Assembly (NCBI RefSeq): GCF_039654945.1
Contig: NW_027361743.1
Location: 31,682,001 to 31,746,000 of the forward strand
From: Dendrobates tinctorius
Lineage: Eukaryota
DNA length: 64,000 nucleotides
Reading direction: 5' to 3'
The stretch's first letter is position 1. The number at the start of each line of letters is the position of its first letter. The notes under the pieces are model-generated. The model had not been told where the DNA came from. It was given only the letters and a program-made list of their open reading frames with translations, and did not search any database. This document shows positions 13,241-25,536 of this stretch, piece after piece. The position numbers and the translations under genes were made by a program.

Positions 13241-14049
13241 TTGTTTGCCAGAGGAATCAAATACTTATTTCTCACTGCAAGGAATCAAATAATTATTTCC
13301 TTCACTGTAGTTCTGGATAAACCTTTCAATACTAGGTATGACTTCAGCGGAATCAGTAGCATATAGGCTAGTGTTGTTTGCAGTTATACCAGCAGCTGCA
13401 CTCTAGCTTTAGCTAACTGTCCTGTGGCAAGGTCCGTTAAAGGTAGTGAACTTTTTCATCTCAGTCAGTGCCTATGCAGAGAACAGCAGTCAATAACAAG
13501 CTCATCTTGCTGCACTCTGCATAGGCAGCGATCAAGATGACGAAGGCCGAGCAAGACTGTAGAGTCATGTGCACTGCACCTGTGCTGCACTGTGCTCTCC
13601 CGCTGCTCCCTGCCTCACATGTAATGGTGTGAGAAGAGAGATAGAGATCTGTTTGGGGAGCTGCTTCATATTTTAGAAAGTGTTCCCTGTAAAATGATAA
13701 TACAGTTTACTTTTTTTTTACACTTTTTTTCAGGCGCAGTTAAGATTAAGAGCTATAGTTAAGCCAAGCGCAATAACATAGCTACATAAAAAATATAATT
13801 TAAAAAATTAGTAAAATATATGTATGACTTTTATTTTTTTAAATTTTATGTTGGATTTCACCACAAGCAGAAAAAATAGAAGGTCAAAGGGCAAACTATA
13901 TTTACATCATTATTTTCTGAAAATAAAATGCATGTGCATTGGGGATAAGGGATTCCATACTAGAATCATGCAAGAGACTCTGAAAGTCTTAATGGTGCAC
14001 AGGTTAAGGGGTGCAAAATAATTGCCCAGTACCAGACACTGAATCTCAT

Positions 14050-14700
14050 GCTAGGAAAAAATAGGTTGTATAGATTGGGTGCTTTTCCTGATCTATTCTT
14101 CGCACCTCAGCATTGAAATTGCAACAAGCCGAGAAGGAAAAGTCATGGCTTAATGGAAATCACAGGATAAATAGACATGCTTATTATTTGCAAAAATGAA
14201 AAAACAAACATCTCAGAAGTGTTCCATGGGAGACAAGCCCGGAGATGCTGCAGGCCACGGTAGCACGTTTAAGCCACGCAGGCTGCTTACAGTAGTATCA
14301 TGTGGCCTGCCATTATTGTGTGGAAAAATGGTCCTCAGACAGTTTGGAGAAATGGCCAAACGACAACATATCAATGGAACACTGAGCTGTTAGTGAACCT
14401 GGAATAAAGACAAGACGTGTTTGGCTACCCCACATTGTGCCGCCCTACACCATAGTTCCAGGAATAGTACTACTAGTAGTTCCCTCTTGAAATTATCCAT
14501 TCTGTACTGCAAGTTAAATTAGACATCACATACCAAATCTAAAATGTCGCACAGTGTCTACACAAACCATCAGAAGGCATTTGTATGACATTGGTCTATG
14601 GGCCAGATGTCCAGCTGCAAGTGTTTTATTGACCTCACTCCATCGTTCTCAAAAACTATCATGCCCTAGTGCATTCAGGGCGGCAGAACATTTCTCGGAT
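14050..14700. pseudogene. Old rearranged Tc1-like transposase remnants on both strands
   Basis: Minus strand WPAASPGLSPMEH (about 14215-14260); plus strand TQTIRRHLYDIGL..RCP (about 14560-14620). Confidence 0.5.
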
Positions 14701-15281
14701 AACCATTAATAACCTCATTGCTAGCAGGTAAGGCAGTAAGTGCGGAGATTTCTGCACGCGGCATTCATAATCAATACTGAAAAGAGATATTTAGAAAATT
14801 TTGTTTCCATGTTTCATTGTCTATCCATCTTGTCATTTCCATAATTCAACAACTTTTCCTTCTTAAAAACAATTGTAAAAACACACTGGCGCTAACTATA
14901 TTATGCCTGTGTTGGAAGCAGCTGACAACCTGGCAGATAAAGTGTGGAGTTCTGCCTGCAATGATAATTTACAAATGAGTATGGTATATAACTAAGCTGC
15001 CACTCATAGAATCATAGAGTTGGAAGGGACCTCCTGGGCCATCTGGTCCAACCCCCTGCTCAAAGCAGGATTCACTAAATCATCCCAGTCAGATGTCTGT
15101 CCAGCCTCTGTTTGAAGACTTCCATTTAAGGAGAACTCACCACCTCTCGTGGCAGCCTGTTCCACTCATTGATCACTCTAACTGTCAAAAAGTTTTTTCT
15201 AATATCTAATCTGTGTCTCCTCCCATTCAGTTTCATCCCATTGCTTCTAGTCTTTCCTTGTGCAAATGAGAATAAAGATGA

Positions 15282-17990
15282 TCATTCTACAATGTGACAG
15301 CCCTTTAGATTTTTGTAGACAGCTATTAAGTCTCCTCTCAGTCTTCTCTTTTGCAAACTAAACATTCCCAAATCCTGCAACCTTTCCTCATAAGACAGGG
15401 TTTGCAGACCGGTCACCATTCTTGTCGCTCTTTTCTGAACTTGCTCCAGTTTGTTGATGTCTTTTTTAAAATGTGGTGCCCAAAACTGGACACAATATTC
15501 CAGACGAGGTCTGACCAAAGAGGAGTAGAGGGAAATAATTACTTCACGTGATCTAGACTGTATGCTTCTGTTAATACATCCTAGCATTGCATTTGCCTTT
15601 TTTGCTGCTGCATCACACTGTTGACTCATATTCAGTCTGTGATCTATTAGTTTACCCAAGTCTTTTTGACATGTGCTGTTGCTTAGCCCTATTCCTCCCA
15701 TTCTGTATATGCTTTTTGCATATGCATTTTTTTTGCATATGCATTTTTATTGCCCAGATGTAGTACTTTGCATTTTCCCCTGTTAAAAACCATTCTGTTA
15801 GTTGCTGCCCACTTCTCCAGTTTATTTATATCTTTTTGAATCCTCTCTCTCTCTTCTCTAGTATTAGCTATCCCTCCTAGCTTTGTGTCATCAGCAAATT
15901 TAATCAGTTTACCCTCAATTCCTTCATCTAAATCATTGATAAAGATGTTGAACAATACAGGGCCCAGGACAGAGCCCTGTGGTACCTCACTTGAGACATT
16001 CTTCCAACTGGATGTGCAGCCATTTACGACCACTCTTTGGGTCCGATCACTAAGCCAATTATGAATCCACCTAACAGTTGCCTTGTCCATTCCATACTTA
16101 GTCATTTTTTCAATAAGGATTGTATGAGATACTTTGTCAAATGCTTTGCTGAAGTCAAGATGTACTATATCTACAGCATTTCCCTGATCCACCCAATCAT
16201 TGATTCCGTCATAGAAGGAAATTAAGTTAGTCTGACATGACTTATTAGTTACAAACCCATGCGGACTCTGTTTAATCACTTCATTCTTATCCAGGTACTG
16301 ACATACATGTTGTTTAATAATTTGTTCAGAGATCTTTCCTGGTATAGAAGTCAGACTCACCGGTCTATAGTTGCCTGGGTCCACCTTCTTTCCCTTTTTG
16401 AAGATAGGAACAACATTTGCTCTTCTCCAGTCTTCTGGGACTTCTCCTGTTCTCCCAGAATTTTTAAAGATTATGGAGGGGGGTTCAAAAATTTCTTCTG
16501 CTATCTCCTTCAGTACTCTGGGGTGTAATTCATCTGGACCTGGAGACTTGAATTCATTTAGGTTAGCTAAGTGTTTCTTCACTACCTATCTTTTTATAGA
16601 TATCCTGGATTCTTCTATTCCCTTAATAGGACAGTGAAGAACAGTTGATGTTACATTTCCTTTCTGAGAGAAAACAGATGCAAAATAGGAATTTAAAAGT
16701 TCGGACTTCTCAACATCCTGTCTTACCATTTCATCATTTTCATCCTGTAAAAATCCTATAGCATCTTTGACTTTTCTTTTACTTTTGACATATCCCCAAA
16801 ATCCTTTATTATTGCTTTTGACATCTCTTCCTAGCCTCAATTCATTGTCAGCTTTAGATAATCTGATTTGTGCCCTGCAGGTTCTGCAGACAGCATTATA
16901 TTCTTCTTTAGATATGCCTCCCTCTTTCCATTTTATAAACATTTTTTTCTTCCTTTGTAGCATGTGCTTAAGTTCTGTGTTCATCCATCCTGGTTTCCTT
17001 AAATGCTTCCTATTCTTCCCTCTTTTCGGAATTGTTAACAATTGTGCTTTGAGAATTTCATTTTTCAAGATTTCCCATCCTTCCTGGACATTTTTGTCTT
17101 TAAGGATATCCAGCCATTGGATCCCTCCAATTCTCTTTCTGAATCCTTTAAAATCTGCCTTTCTGAAATCTAACCTTGACGTCTGAGTCTTCACAGGTCT
17201 TCCTCTTCTAGTTATCCAAAATTCTAAAATAGCATGGTCGCTACCTCCTAGGGTCACAGCCACTTTTACCTCCTCAACCATTTCCTCCCTGTTTATAAGG
17301 ATTAGATCCAAGGTAGCAGATCCCCTTGTTTTCTCCCCTACCTTTTGGAAGATAAAGTTGTCAGCAAGAGAGGATAAGAATTTCCTTGACCTGTTAGTTT
17401 TGCCTGAGAGAGATTCCCACAAATGTCTGGATAGTTGAAATCTCCCATGACAACTATGTCATATTTTTTGGAGAACTTGGCCATTTGATGCATAAAGAGT
17501 TCATCCATATCTTCAGCTTGCACAGGCGGCCTGTAGTAAATGCATACAATGGTGTCCTTTCCATTGTTCTGTCCTTGTATTCTTACCCAAACAGTTTCCA
17601 CAGAACTCCCAGTCTCTGAAGCTTCAATCTCTGTGCAGATAAACGCGTTTCTAACATACAATGCGACACCTCCTCCTCGTTTATCAAGTCTGTTTCTTGC
17701 AAATAAGTTGTATCCTTCTAGTCTTGTATTCCAATTATGTGTATTGTCCCACCAAGTTTCAGTGATTCCAATGACATCATATTTCTTTCCCTGTGTTAGT
17801 AGTTCCAATTCTCCTTGTTTGTTGCCCATGCTTTGTGCATTAGTATAGAAACATTTTAGTTTGTGATTGGCTTCTCTTTCTCCAATATTTTTATTAATTA
17901 GATTCTTTTGTCTTTGTTCTTCCTTTCCACTTCTAATAGCAGAGTTGTCAATGGCATTTGTCAGGTGTATGGCTTTCTCTGGCCTTTTGC
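15282..17990 (-). pseudogene. CR1 ORF2 (APE endonuclease + reverse transcriptase), broken by a few frameshifts and stops
   Basis: ORF pieces 17338-17829, 16586-17422, 15689-16582 and 15282-15701. Confidence 0.93.
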
Positions 17991-18008
17991 TTCCCTTCCC
18001 ATGTTGTT

Positions 18009-18322
18009 CTAGTTTAAAGCTCTCCTTACAAGTGTAGCAAGGCGACTTCCAAATACATGTTTTCCAGTCTTCGTAAGGTGCAACCCATCTCTAGCAAGTA
18101 GTCCATCGTATAGGTAATTCACTCCGTGATCCAGAAATCCAAATCGTTGCTGACGGCACCATCGACGTAGCCAGTTGTTCCCCTCCAGAATCTTATTGCA
18201 CCTCCTTGTTCCATGGCCATCCACTGGGAGGATGGAAGAGAAGACCACCTGCGCTCCCAGTTCTTTCACTTTCTTGCATAAGTTTTCAAAGTCTCTGCAG
18301 ATGGTTTGGTCACTCTTATGCC
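18009..18322 (-). pseudogene. CR1 ORF1 C-terminal SGNH/GDSL esterase-like domain fragment
   Basis: QVVFSSILP...NNWLRRWC..RFGFLDHG...ARDGLHL (DxxH) ending ALN*. Confidence 0.85.
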
Positions 18323-18585
18323 AAATGGCAATGTGACTGCTGCCCCACAGTCGATCAAGCACCAAAAAGATCTGAATGTGCCTGGAATTAGTGATTGTCC
18401 AGTTAGAGATGCAGTCCTTGAGGTGATCCAGAGATAGGGAGCGTCCTCCCGTTCTCAAAAGTATGTGCTGGGCTCCGGCGGTAAGCCTCGGCTGATGGCG
18501 CCGCCGTGTAGGTAACGTGACGAGCGGGGGCGTGGTTAGTGGTGACGTCACCTGTCCGTGTTCACGGACAAGTACAGGGGCTTAT

Positions 18586-18624
18586 CCCAATGCGTTTCTA
18601 GGGACCTGTCCCTCTTTCTCAAGG
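18586..18624 (-). ncRNA. Degenerate minimal type-I hammerhead ribozyme (U3-A8 variant) in a Penelope-like fragment (about 18325-18720)
   Basis: Minus strand CC UUGAGAA A G-AGGGAC-AG-GUCCCU-A GAAAC GC AUU GGG; mismatches at 10.1-11.1 and 15.2-16.2, short stem I. Confidence 0.6.
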
Positions 18625-18969
18625 TGTAGCTCCTGCACTACCGCTACCGCTACCTGCTTATATCACCGTTCATCTCCCTATTGCTTCATTAATCTGCTAG
18701 GATGTATTAGCGGATGACAAGCTGCTGGGCAGACTGCTTATCTAATTTACTTCTTCTGTGACCCTTTAATCATTGGTACTGCTTCATCACTACTCTGTAT
18801 ATATGAATAAAAAAAAAGATAAAATTGTAACTGATTTATGAAAGGGAAAAATCTCCATTGTATTGCTTGTGTTAAACTAGATATTCATTAATGAAATACA
18901 CAATCCTAAAACCTCTCAATTAAAAATCCAAATCTTTATTAATCCAATATTAAAAACTATTTGAAAAAT

Positions 18970-19043
18970 TAAGGTATTGGTTAATATTATGGCCATAATA
19001 CGTAAGCTGGCAAACTAACGTCAAAGTTCCTTACACTTGCCAG
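18970..19043 (-). ncRNA. HDV-like ribozyme fold, variant family, copy 1
   Basis: P1 CUGGCAA/UUGCCAG; P2 UAAGGA/UACCUUA (one bulge); P3 ACU/AGU; L3 UUGACGUU; CU; P4 UAUUAU-GGCC-AUAAUA; J4/2 CCAA. Confidence 0.75.
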
Positions 19044-20146
19044 CCCCACTCTAACACCTTACATATATTGATATGTTTTTGTGCACTTTTTATCTTTTCA
19101 GGGTGCAGTTGGGCCCAAATGGTTCTGTAAACTGTGGCCTCTGTTCACACGGGATGCATTATAGTTAGCTCTGGGCAGCCCCCTTATATGGTGTTACTAA
19201 GAGGTTGTGAACCTTATGCTCTGCATTCCCTGTGTGAACGCTGCCACATGCGGATTATTTTTTTGCACTGGTGTGCCACACGGCCAATCCCTGATTGTAG
19301 ACTGGCTGTTTCATTAGGTATTATTGCACCTGTGCAGTTGCCATTTTACTTGGGTCCGCTGCACCCTGATAGTGCATTTGTATTGAGGCCTGTCTATACA
19401 GGTTAGCATCTTTGCCAGTTTTTGTTTTTTTCTCAAATATTGGAGAATTTTTTCCTCTGTTCTGTGGTTTTCGTACTGTCAGGCATATGCCTTGCGTCCT
19501 GCTTACCCTTACCTTAGGAAAACTATATGATACATTTCAGAGACTATATGGTTGTACTGCACTTACATGGGCAATGCATTGAGCATCGTTCCATCTTTCC
19601 ACTCTATTTTCTTGATACTTGTGTTTTCCTGCAACATATTTTTGCTAAACAGAAGAACAGAAAATGATTTCTCCAATTAAATCCACATGTCCTGTATCCT
19701 AAACAATTACCATCTGACAAACTATGTGAACTTGCAGAAATATGAAAACTATTTGGAGAAACAGACAGGATGCTGGCAAAATGGTAACAAATGTCTCAAA
19801 AGTACACTTAAAGTAGTGTATTGTAAAGCTGTAGTACAATTATGAGAGTTGTAAAAAGAAGGTAAAAGGAGCTGGTTATGAGAGCAGGATGTGACTACTC
19901 AAGGTTTGTTTGTAGTCTGTTATCATGGAGACACATTGGTCTACACAAGGGATCTATACATTGCACAGTACTATGTTTTTAACCATGTTATTTTTGACAA
20001 TACCTCTTGATTCCTCTTTCTCCAATATTTCCAAGGGAAGCATAGACATCAACAAAATGAACAGATAGTAAAGTAACACCTACATTAGGGATGAGCGTAC
20101 CCAAACTGAAAAGCTTGGAGTCCGTACCCAACACTTAGTGCCCTAA

Positions 20147-20521
20147 AGGCCCCGTCACACTAAGCGATATCGCTAGCAATATCGCTGTAACGTCACTGGT
20201 TTTGTGACGCAGCAGTGATATTGCTAGCAATATCGCTATGTGTGATACTTACCTCTGACCGGCTCCCCCGCTGATCGCGCGAGAATGGCCTGGGCCGTTT
20301 CTCGTCGTCAGCTTCCTGTGGCGCCGACGAGCGACGCATGGACGCGGGCAGGAGGACGTCAGGATCGCCTCGTCTGACAGGTAAGTAGCGACCCCCGACC
20401 GCTGCTCTGTCGCTGGTGAGATCTGCCTGTGTGGCAGCTCACTAGCGACCACTTAGCGATGCACCAGCGATCGATATTGTTGTCGGGATTCGCTGGTGCA
20501 TCGCTAAGTGTGACAGTACCT
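20147..20521. mobile_element. Palindromic PIF/Harbinger MITE
   Basis: TAA TSD (20144-20146, 20522-20524); imperfect TIRs AGGCCCCGTCACACTAAGCGAT / AGGTACTGTCACACTTAGCGAT. Confidence 0.8.
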
Positions 20522-20806
20522 TAACACGGACTATTTTACTGTTCTACCGTTTTACTGTTCAGGTTTGCCAGACTAGGATGGATCACAATTACCATTATGC
20601 TCTCATTAGTGTAGGATAGGTCACAGCTGGAGTCAGGGAAAGATTCTGACTTCATAATCTTTAAACACAACGCTGTGTGTACTCTGCAACCCATATCTGT
20701 GCTACTACTATGCTAAAATCTGCTGTGTGTACTTTGCACCCCTCTGCCTGTGGGAGTACTGTCCTTTAAGCCTCTTTGTGTACTCTGCACCTTCCGCCTG
20801 TGGGAG

Positions 20807-21603
20807 TGTAAAGGAGAAAGGTTTGTTGGATGCAGTGAAGAGCCGGAGGCAGAGAACGGTTAACCTGGATTTACTGAACAGGCGATTAACAAGGAATACT
20901 CCATGCAAGGAGGCAAGGTTAGTACAGCAGCGACGGGAATTGCACACAAACACAATGCTCGAGAATAAGATATACAAAAACAAGGTAACTTATCGCTTGC
21001 AGTTCTTGCAGGGGAAAGGCTGGAAAATCTCCCAACGACTTTGCAAATCGTAGACAAAGTCTCTGGCTCTGTTACGGAGAAACGAGAAGCACCGTCTTCC
21101 GACGGTGCTGATGGATCCGGTCCTGTTTGGCTTGAGTGCACTGGAACGTGGAAACAGTCCTTTATTTGGATTCCTCAGGAATGGCACCGAACACGAGCTG
21201 TGGGCACGATCACGGACCGCGGCAGTGGGCGGTTCTCTGGAATAGTCTCTAAGCAGTTTATCTGTTACCACAGATGGGACAGGGCTGACCAAACGAACAG
21301 GGTCAGACGATAACTCAATAGCATCAAAGTCAATCTTATAGTCAGCACGCTGAGGGATGAGTGGCATGGAGCTGTCAGCCGGAGCAGCGGAGAGGGAGTC
21401 AACCTTTTCTTGTCACTTTCCCACCAAGTCTGACCCGTTCCCGTGCTCAGTCCTCCTTATATTCCCTGCACCCCCTGCTGTCCAGCATGAGGGTCCTTCC
21501 CCCCCAGAAGAAATCTGCCCGGCAACAGTGGTGACAGTCCCAATAGTTCTGGCCTTAAAGTCCACCAGAAACCGCTGATTCTGTCTCGGCTCATCTTCTT
21601 ACA
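20807..21603 (-). repeat. 3' LTR of the Gypsy element
   Basis: Minus-strand polypurine tract AAAAGAGAGGGGGGG (21604-21618) directly before TGTAAG; ends TTTACA at 20807. Confidence 0.8.
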
Positions 21604-21617
21604 CCCCCCCTCTCTTT

Positions 21618-24480
21618 TCACTCACCATTCCACGGGCGAGGCATCCTGAGCATTGTTAGAGTTTTTTGACTGTTCTGGTGGTTTACCGCCAAATAAACTG
21701 GTCCTGGTTGTACCGATTGGGGGGGTTGTCCAGCCGTTGTACGTTCAGAGTGATGTAGATTGGAAGGAATAGTGGAGTCTTCCAGCGGAGGCAAAGTTGC
21801 ATCTGCACCCGCTGTAACATTTTCTTCTGGGGTCTCTGGGTCCTGATCTACAGACGAATTTTCAGATGGCTGTTCGAAACTTTCTTCCTCTTGATCCTCC
21901 ACGGCCACAGGAGGCACCTCTTCGGGACCATCAGGGGTTTCTTCCCTTTGTATGGGGTCCTCAGAGAGGCATGGCCAGAGCATACTTCTGTGGACCACTC
22001 TGGTGGGCACATTCTCTTGCCCTTCTGGATAAATCTCGTATACGGGCCCTTCCGTACCGACCCAATGCTTCACTCTATATGGCGTATTCTCCCACCGATT
22101 TTACAGCTTGTCACGTGGACGTTTCTCCAGCACCAACACTCGATTAACAACCTGAAGGTCTGTCCCCCGCAGAGGAAACTTCTCAGGGTGCTCCAGTTCC
22201 CGGAGCCATGTCTGAACAAAACGATGTAAGGTCTGTAGATGGTGGCTATGTTCTCGGACCCAGGTACACAGCCCCGTCCGTGGGTAGTCCTCTCATGGTT
22301 CCGTGACTTTTCCTGTTCGGCCGAACAACAAGGAAGGCGTGTAACTGGTGGTTTGACGGACTTGATTGTTGTAGATCCACACGAGTTCAGAGACATATTC
22401 TGGCCACCTAGCCTTCCTATCATCTTCCATTGTCCTCAGCATCTGGATTAGAGTACAGTTAAATCACTCACAGGCCCCGCTTCCCTGAGGATGGTACCGT
22501 GTGGTGTGTGATTTGTCGAACTGATAGATACGCTGTAATTCTTCCATTACTCTTCCCAAGAAACAAGCTCCTTGATCCGAATGGATCCGCTGTGGGCATC
22601 CATACACCTGAATAAAATGTTTACAGATGGCGCATGCGGCGGACTCAGCCATCTGGTCCCGGGTGGGCGTCACTACCGCAAACTTCGTGAAATGATTCAC
22701 CGTCACTAAACAGTGGTTGTATCCTTGATGGGCTGGCCCGATGGTCAAATAGTCGATGGTCAACAATTCCAGGGGCGCTGAGGTTACTATCGTCTGAATA
22801 GGAGCTCTTTCTTCTGAGGACTTGGCCAACTCACAGGCCCGACAGAGTGTGCAAGCCTCCTCGACTGCTGCTCTTAGCCGTGGGTGGTAAACGAACCGCT
22901 GTAGCCACTGGAAAGTTTTTTTCCAAGACCGAAGTGAGCCCCTTTTTCTTAAGCTTCAGTGGATACGGTAGACAGCACTGTCTCTGGATCACTACCTGCC
23001 AGGAAGCCCCAAGCTCATCTGGAGGTGCTCCCACTGCTTGCGCATCTTCAATGCTTCTGGAGTCAGAGCACTCCACTGTTCTGGACTAGGCAGCTTCTTC
23101 AGTGTCACCCATTGTCTGAATAGAGCAAGTTCACGATCTTCCTGCTGCAACCGAACCCACTCATCCTGAGATCTTCCCAACACTCCTTCATGGTGGGGGG
23201 TCCGTATCAGGTCCAGCGTAGCCACCACCATCCCAGCGGTCTTTCAGAATCGGGGAACCTCCTCTTCCTCTAGCATCTCATCCTTACTTTTTCCTGGTGG
23301 TGCATGTTTTGCTCTTCTACAGGCGATTCTGTACCGGAACTTCGCCATCCAGGCCACCCAGCATTGTTTCAAGGCTCCTAACTTGGCATTCTCCAGATGC
23401 GCTAAGAGATTTTTATCGGTGCTCACCAGCACCTCTGAGCCGAACAGGTGTTCTGCGAATCTCTCCGTCATGGCCTACACCAACGCCAGCAACTCCAGCT
23501 TGAAGGAACTGTAGTTATCCGGGTTGCGGTCGGAATTGTGAAGAGACCAGCTAGCATAGGCGATCACCCTTTCTCTTCTGTCCTGCACCTGCGACAACAA
23601 AGCCCCAAGACCATGCAAGCTGCCTTCAGTGTGGAGAATGAACAGTATAGAGAAGTCCACATAAGCCAGTACCGGAGCTTCGATCAGCGCCTTCTTTAAG
23701 TCACAAAACGCCTTCTCTTGCCTCTCCTCCCAACGGATGGATTGACCCTTGGCATTTGGGGGTACCCCTTTTAAGAGTTTGAGTAACGGTTGCACCCAGG
23801 CAAAATTCTTCAATTCCAGTGATACCCGAACATCGGCTAGTCTCGAATCACCGCAATTTTCTCTTGTGATGGCTTCACTCCCTCGGCGGAAACGACATGA
23901 CCAATATACTCGATCTGGGTCTGGAACAAGTGACATTTTTGGGGTTTCACTTTTAGCCCATACTTCTGTAAACAGCTCAACACTTGCTCCAATCTCCGTA
24001 GATGATCTTCAAACGAGGTAGCGTATACGGTGATGACATCCAGATAGATGTGCGTGGCCTCAAAGTTCAAATCACCTAGACACTTCTCCATCAGTCGCTG
24101 TAACGTACGGGGAGCATTGGCCAGGCCGAATGGCATCCTGTTGAATTCAAAGAAATCCATGGGAAGGCCGTTTTCGCCCCATCCTTTTCTGACATGGGCA
24201 CTTGCCAGTAGCCACTCGCAAGATACAGCGTCGAGAAGATTTTGACCTTTCTCAATGCGGACAGAGATTCCTCAATCTGGGCTAGAGGGTATGAATCCTG
24301 CACAGTACAGGCTTAAAGCTTGCGGTAGTCTACACAGAACCTCAGTGACCAGTCCTTCTTCCACACCAGCACAATGGGAGCTGCCCACGGACTCTGGCTC
24401 TCTCTAATGATACCCACCAGCAACATCTGACGGAGCATTTCTCTCACTTCCTGATATAACTTGGGGAAATCTGCAGGTAA
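21618..24480 (-). pseudogene. Gypsy pol (RT-RNase H-integrase) pseudogene, 3' part
   Basis: ORF fragments 24313-24531, 24091-24303, 23837-24160, 23475-23936 and 22464-22829. Confidence 0.92.
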
Positions 24481-24655
24481 TGTTCTCGAATGGAACACAA
24501 AAAACTGAACTGGAGTAGACTTGAATGACATGCATGATGTAAAAGCATGTTCACACTAGCCATAAAAGCAAGCAAAACCAAAGGAAAAAACAATGTGTGT
24601 GTATATACCATAATGAAAATAAATAAGTAAAAAAGCAAGTGCATTAAATAACGTA

Positions 24656-24733
24656 GGGTACTTGGTAAACACTGTTTTGATCAAAAAAGTGTAAAGCTGT
24701 CCCACCACGGCAAGGTGTATCCATTTGAGACAG
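24656..24733 (-). ncRNA. HDV-like ribozyme fold, copy 2
   Basis: P1 CUGUCUC/GGGACAG; P2 GGAUAC/GUACCC (one mismatch); P3 ACC/GGU; L3 UUGCCGU; CU; P4 hairpin around GAUC; J4/2 CCAA. Confidence 0.78.
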
Positions 24734-25536
24734 TAACTACACTAACGGTAAAACCTACCTAGTGTGAATAGTGGCAGAGTCTCTGGGTCCCAAACGGACA
24801 CCCAGCTTGAGAGGGACTATAAATGAACTACACAGCTCAGTAGAAAGGAGGCCACACCCTATTTGTACTGAATGCAAAAATACTAAAGAAACACAAAAAA
24901 ACTGAACTGGAGTAGACTTGAATGACATGCATGATGTAAAGGCATGTTCACACTGGCCATAAAAGCAAGCAAAACCAAAGGAAAAAATTTTCATTATTTT
25001 TATTAGGGTATATACACACATTGTTTTTTCCTTTGGTTTTGCTTGCTTTTATGGCCAGTGTGAACATGCTTTTACATCATGCATGTCATTCAAGTCTACT
25101 CCAGTTCAGTTTTTTTGTGTTTCTTTAGTATTTTTGTTTTCAGTACAAATAGGGTGTGACCTCCTTTCTATTGAGCTGTGTAGTTCATTTAGGCTGGAGT
25201 CACACTAACCTGCGCAAAATACGCTCCGTATTTTACATGCGTAATACGGATCAATGACTTCTAAACAGTGCTCCGTAGGTCATCCGTAAGCAAGGTGTGG
25301 TCGCGTATTTTGCGCATGTGTGCATCCGTATGTAATCCGTGTGGCATCCGTATGCAATCCGTATGGCGAGATTTTCTCGCAGCCTTGCAAAATGGACATT
25401 TAACGGTTTTGAGGCCTGCAAACAATTTAAATCATTAGCCTGCACCCTATTTAGACACTCAGAAACAGGTGGCTGCCTACATTCTGTACATTTCTCACCT
25501 TGCTTTCACGAGGTGTGTTGGTGTTCTTTGTGCAGC

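Larger units (their letters stand above)
11047..13307 (+). mobile_element. Tc1-family (IR/DR type) transposon, decayed
   Basis: TA|CAGTGGAGGAAATAATT ... AATTATTTCCTTCACTG|TA; inner DR at 11221-11245; interrupted by a solo LTR. Confidence 0.92.
15004..18322 (-). mobile_element. CR1 LINE: essentially all of ORF2 plus the 3' end of ORF1, 5'-truncated
   Basis: APE motifs IGITETWW, RGGGVALYV, VMGDFNYPDI and GGSDH; RT motifs [15 protein letters not shown] and FADD; (ATTCTATG)n-type tail at 15004. Confidence 0.97.

Noticed and set aside
16037-17848. Plus-strand ORFs over the CR1
   Set aside because: Antisense shadows of CR1 ORF2.
20990-21367. Extra 3' ORF (env-like or accessory) of the Gypsy element
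   Set aside because: It lies inside the 3' LTR defined by the PPT at 21604-21618 and has no recognisable motif.
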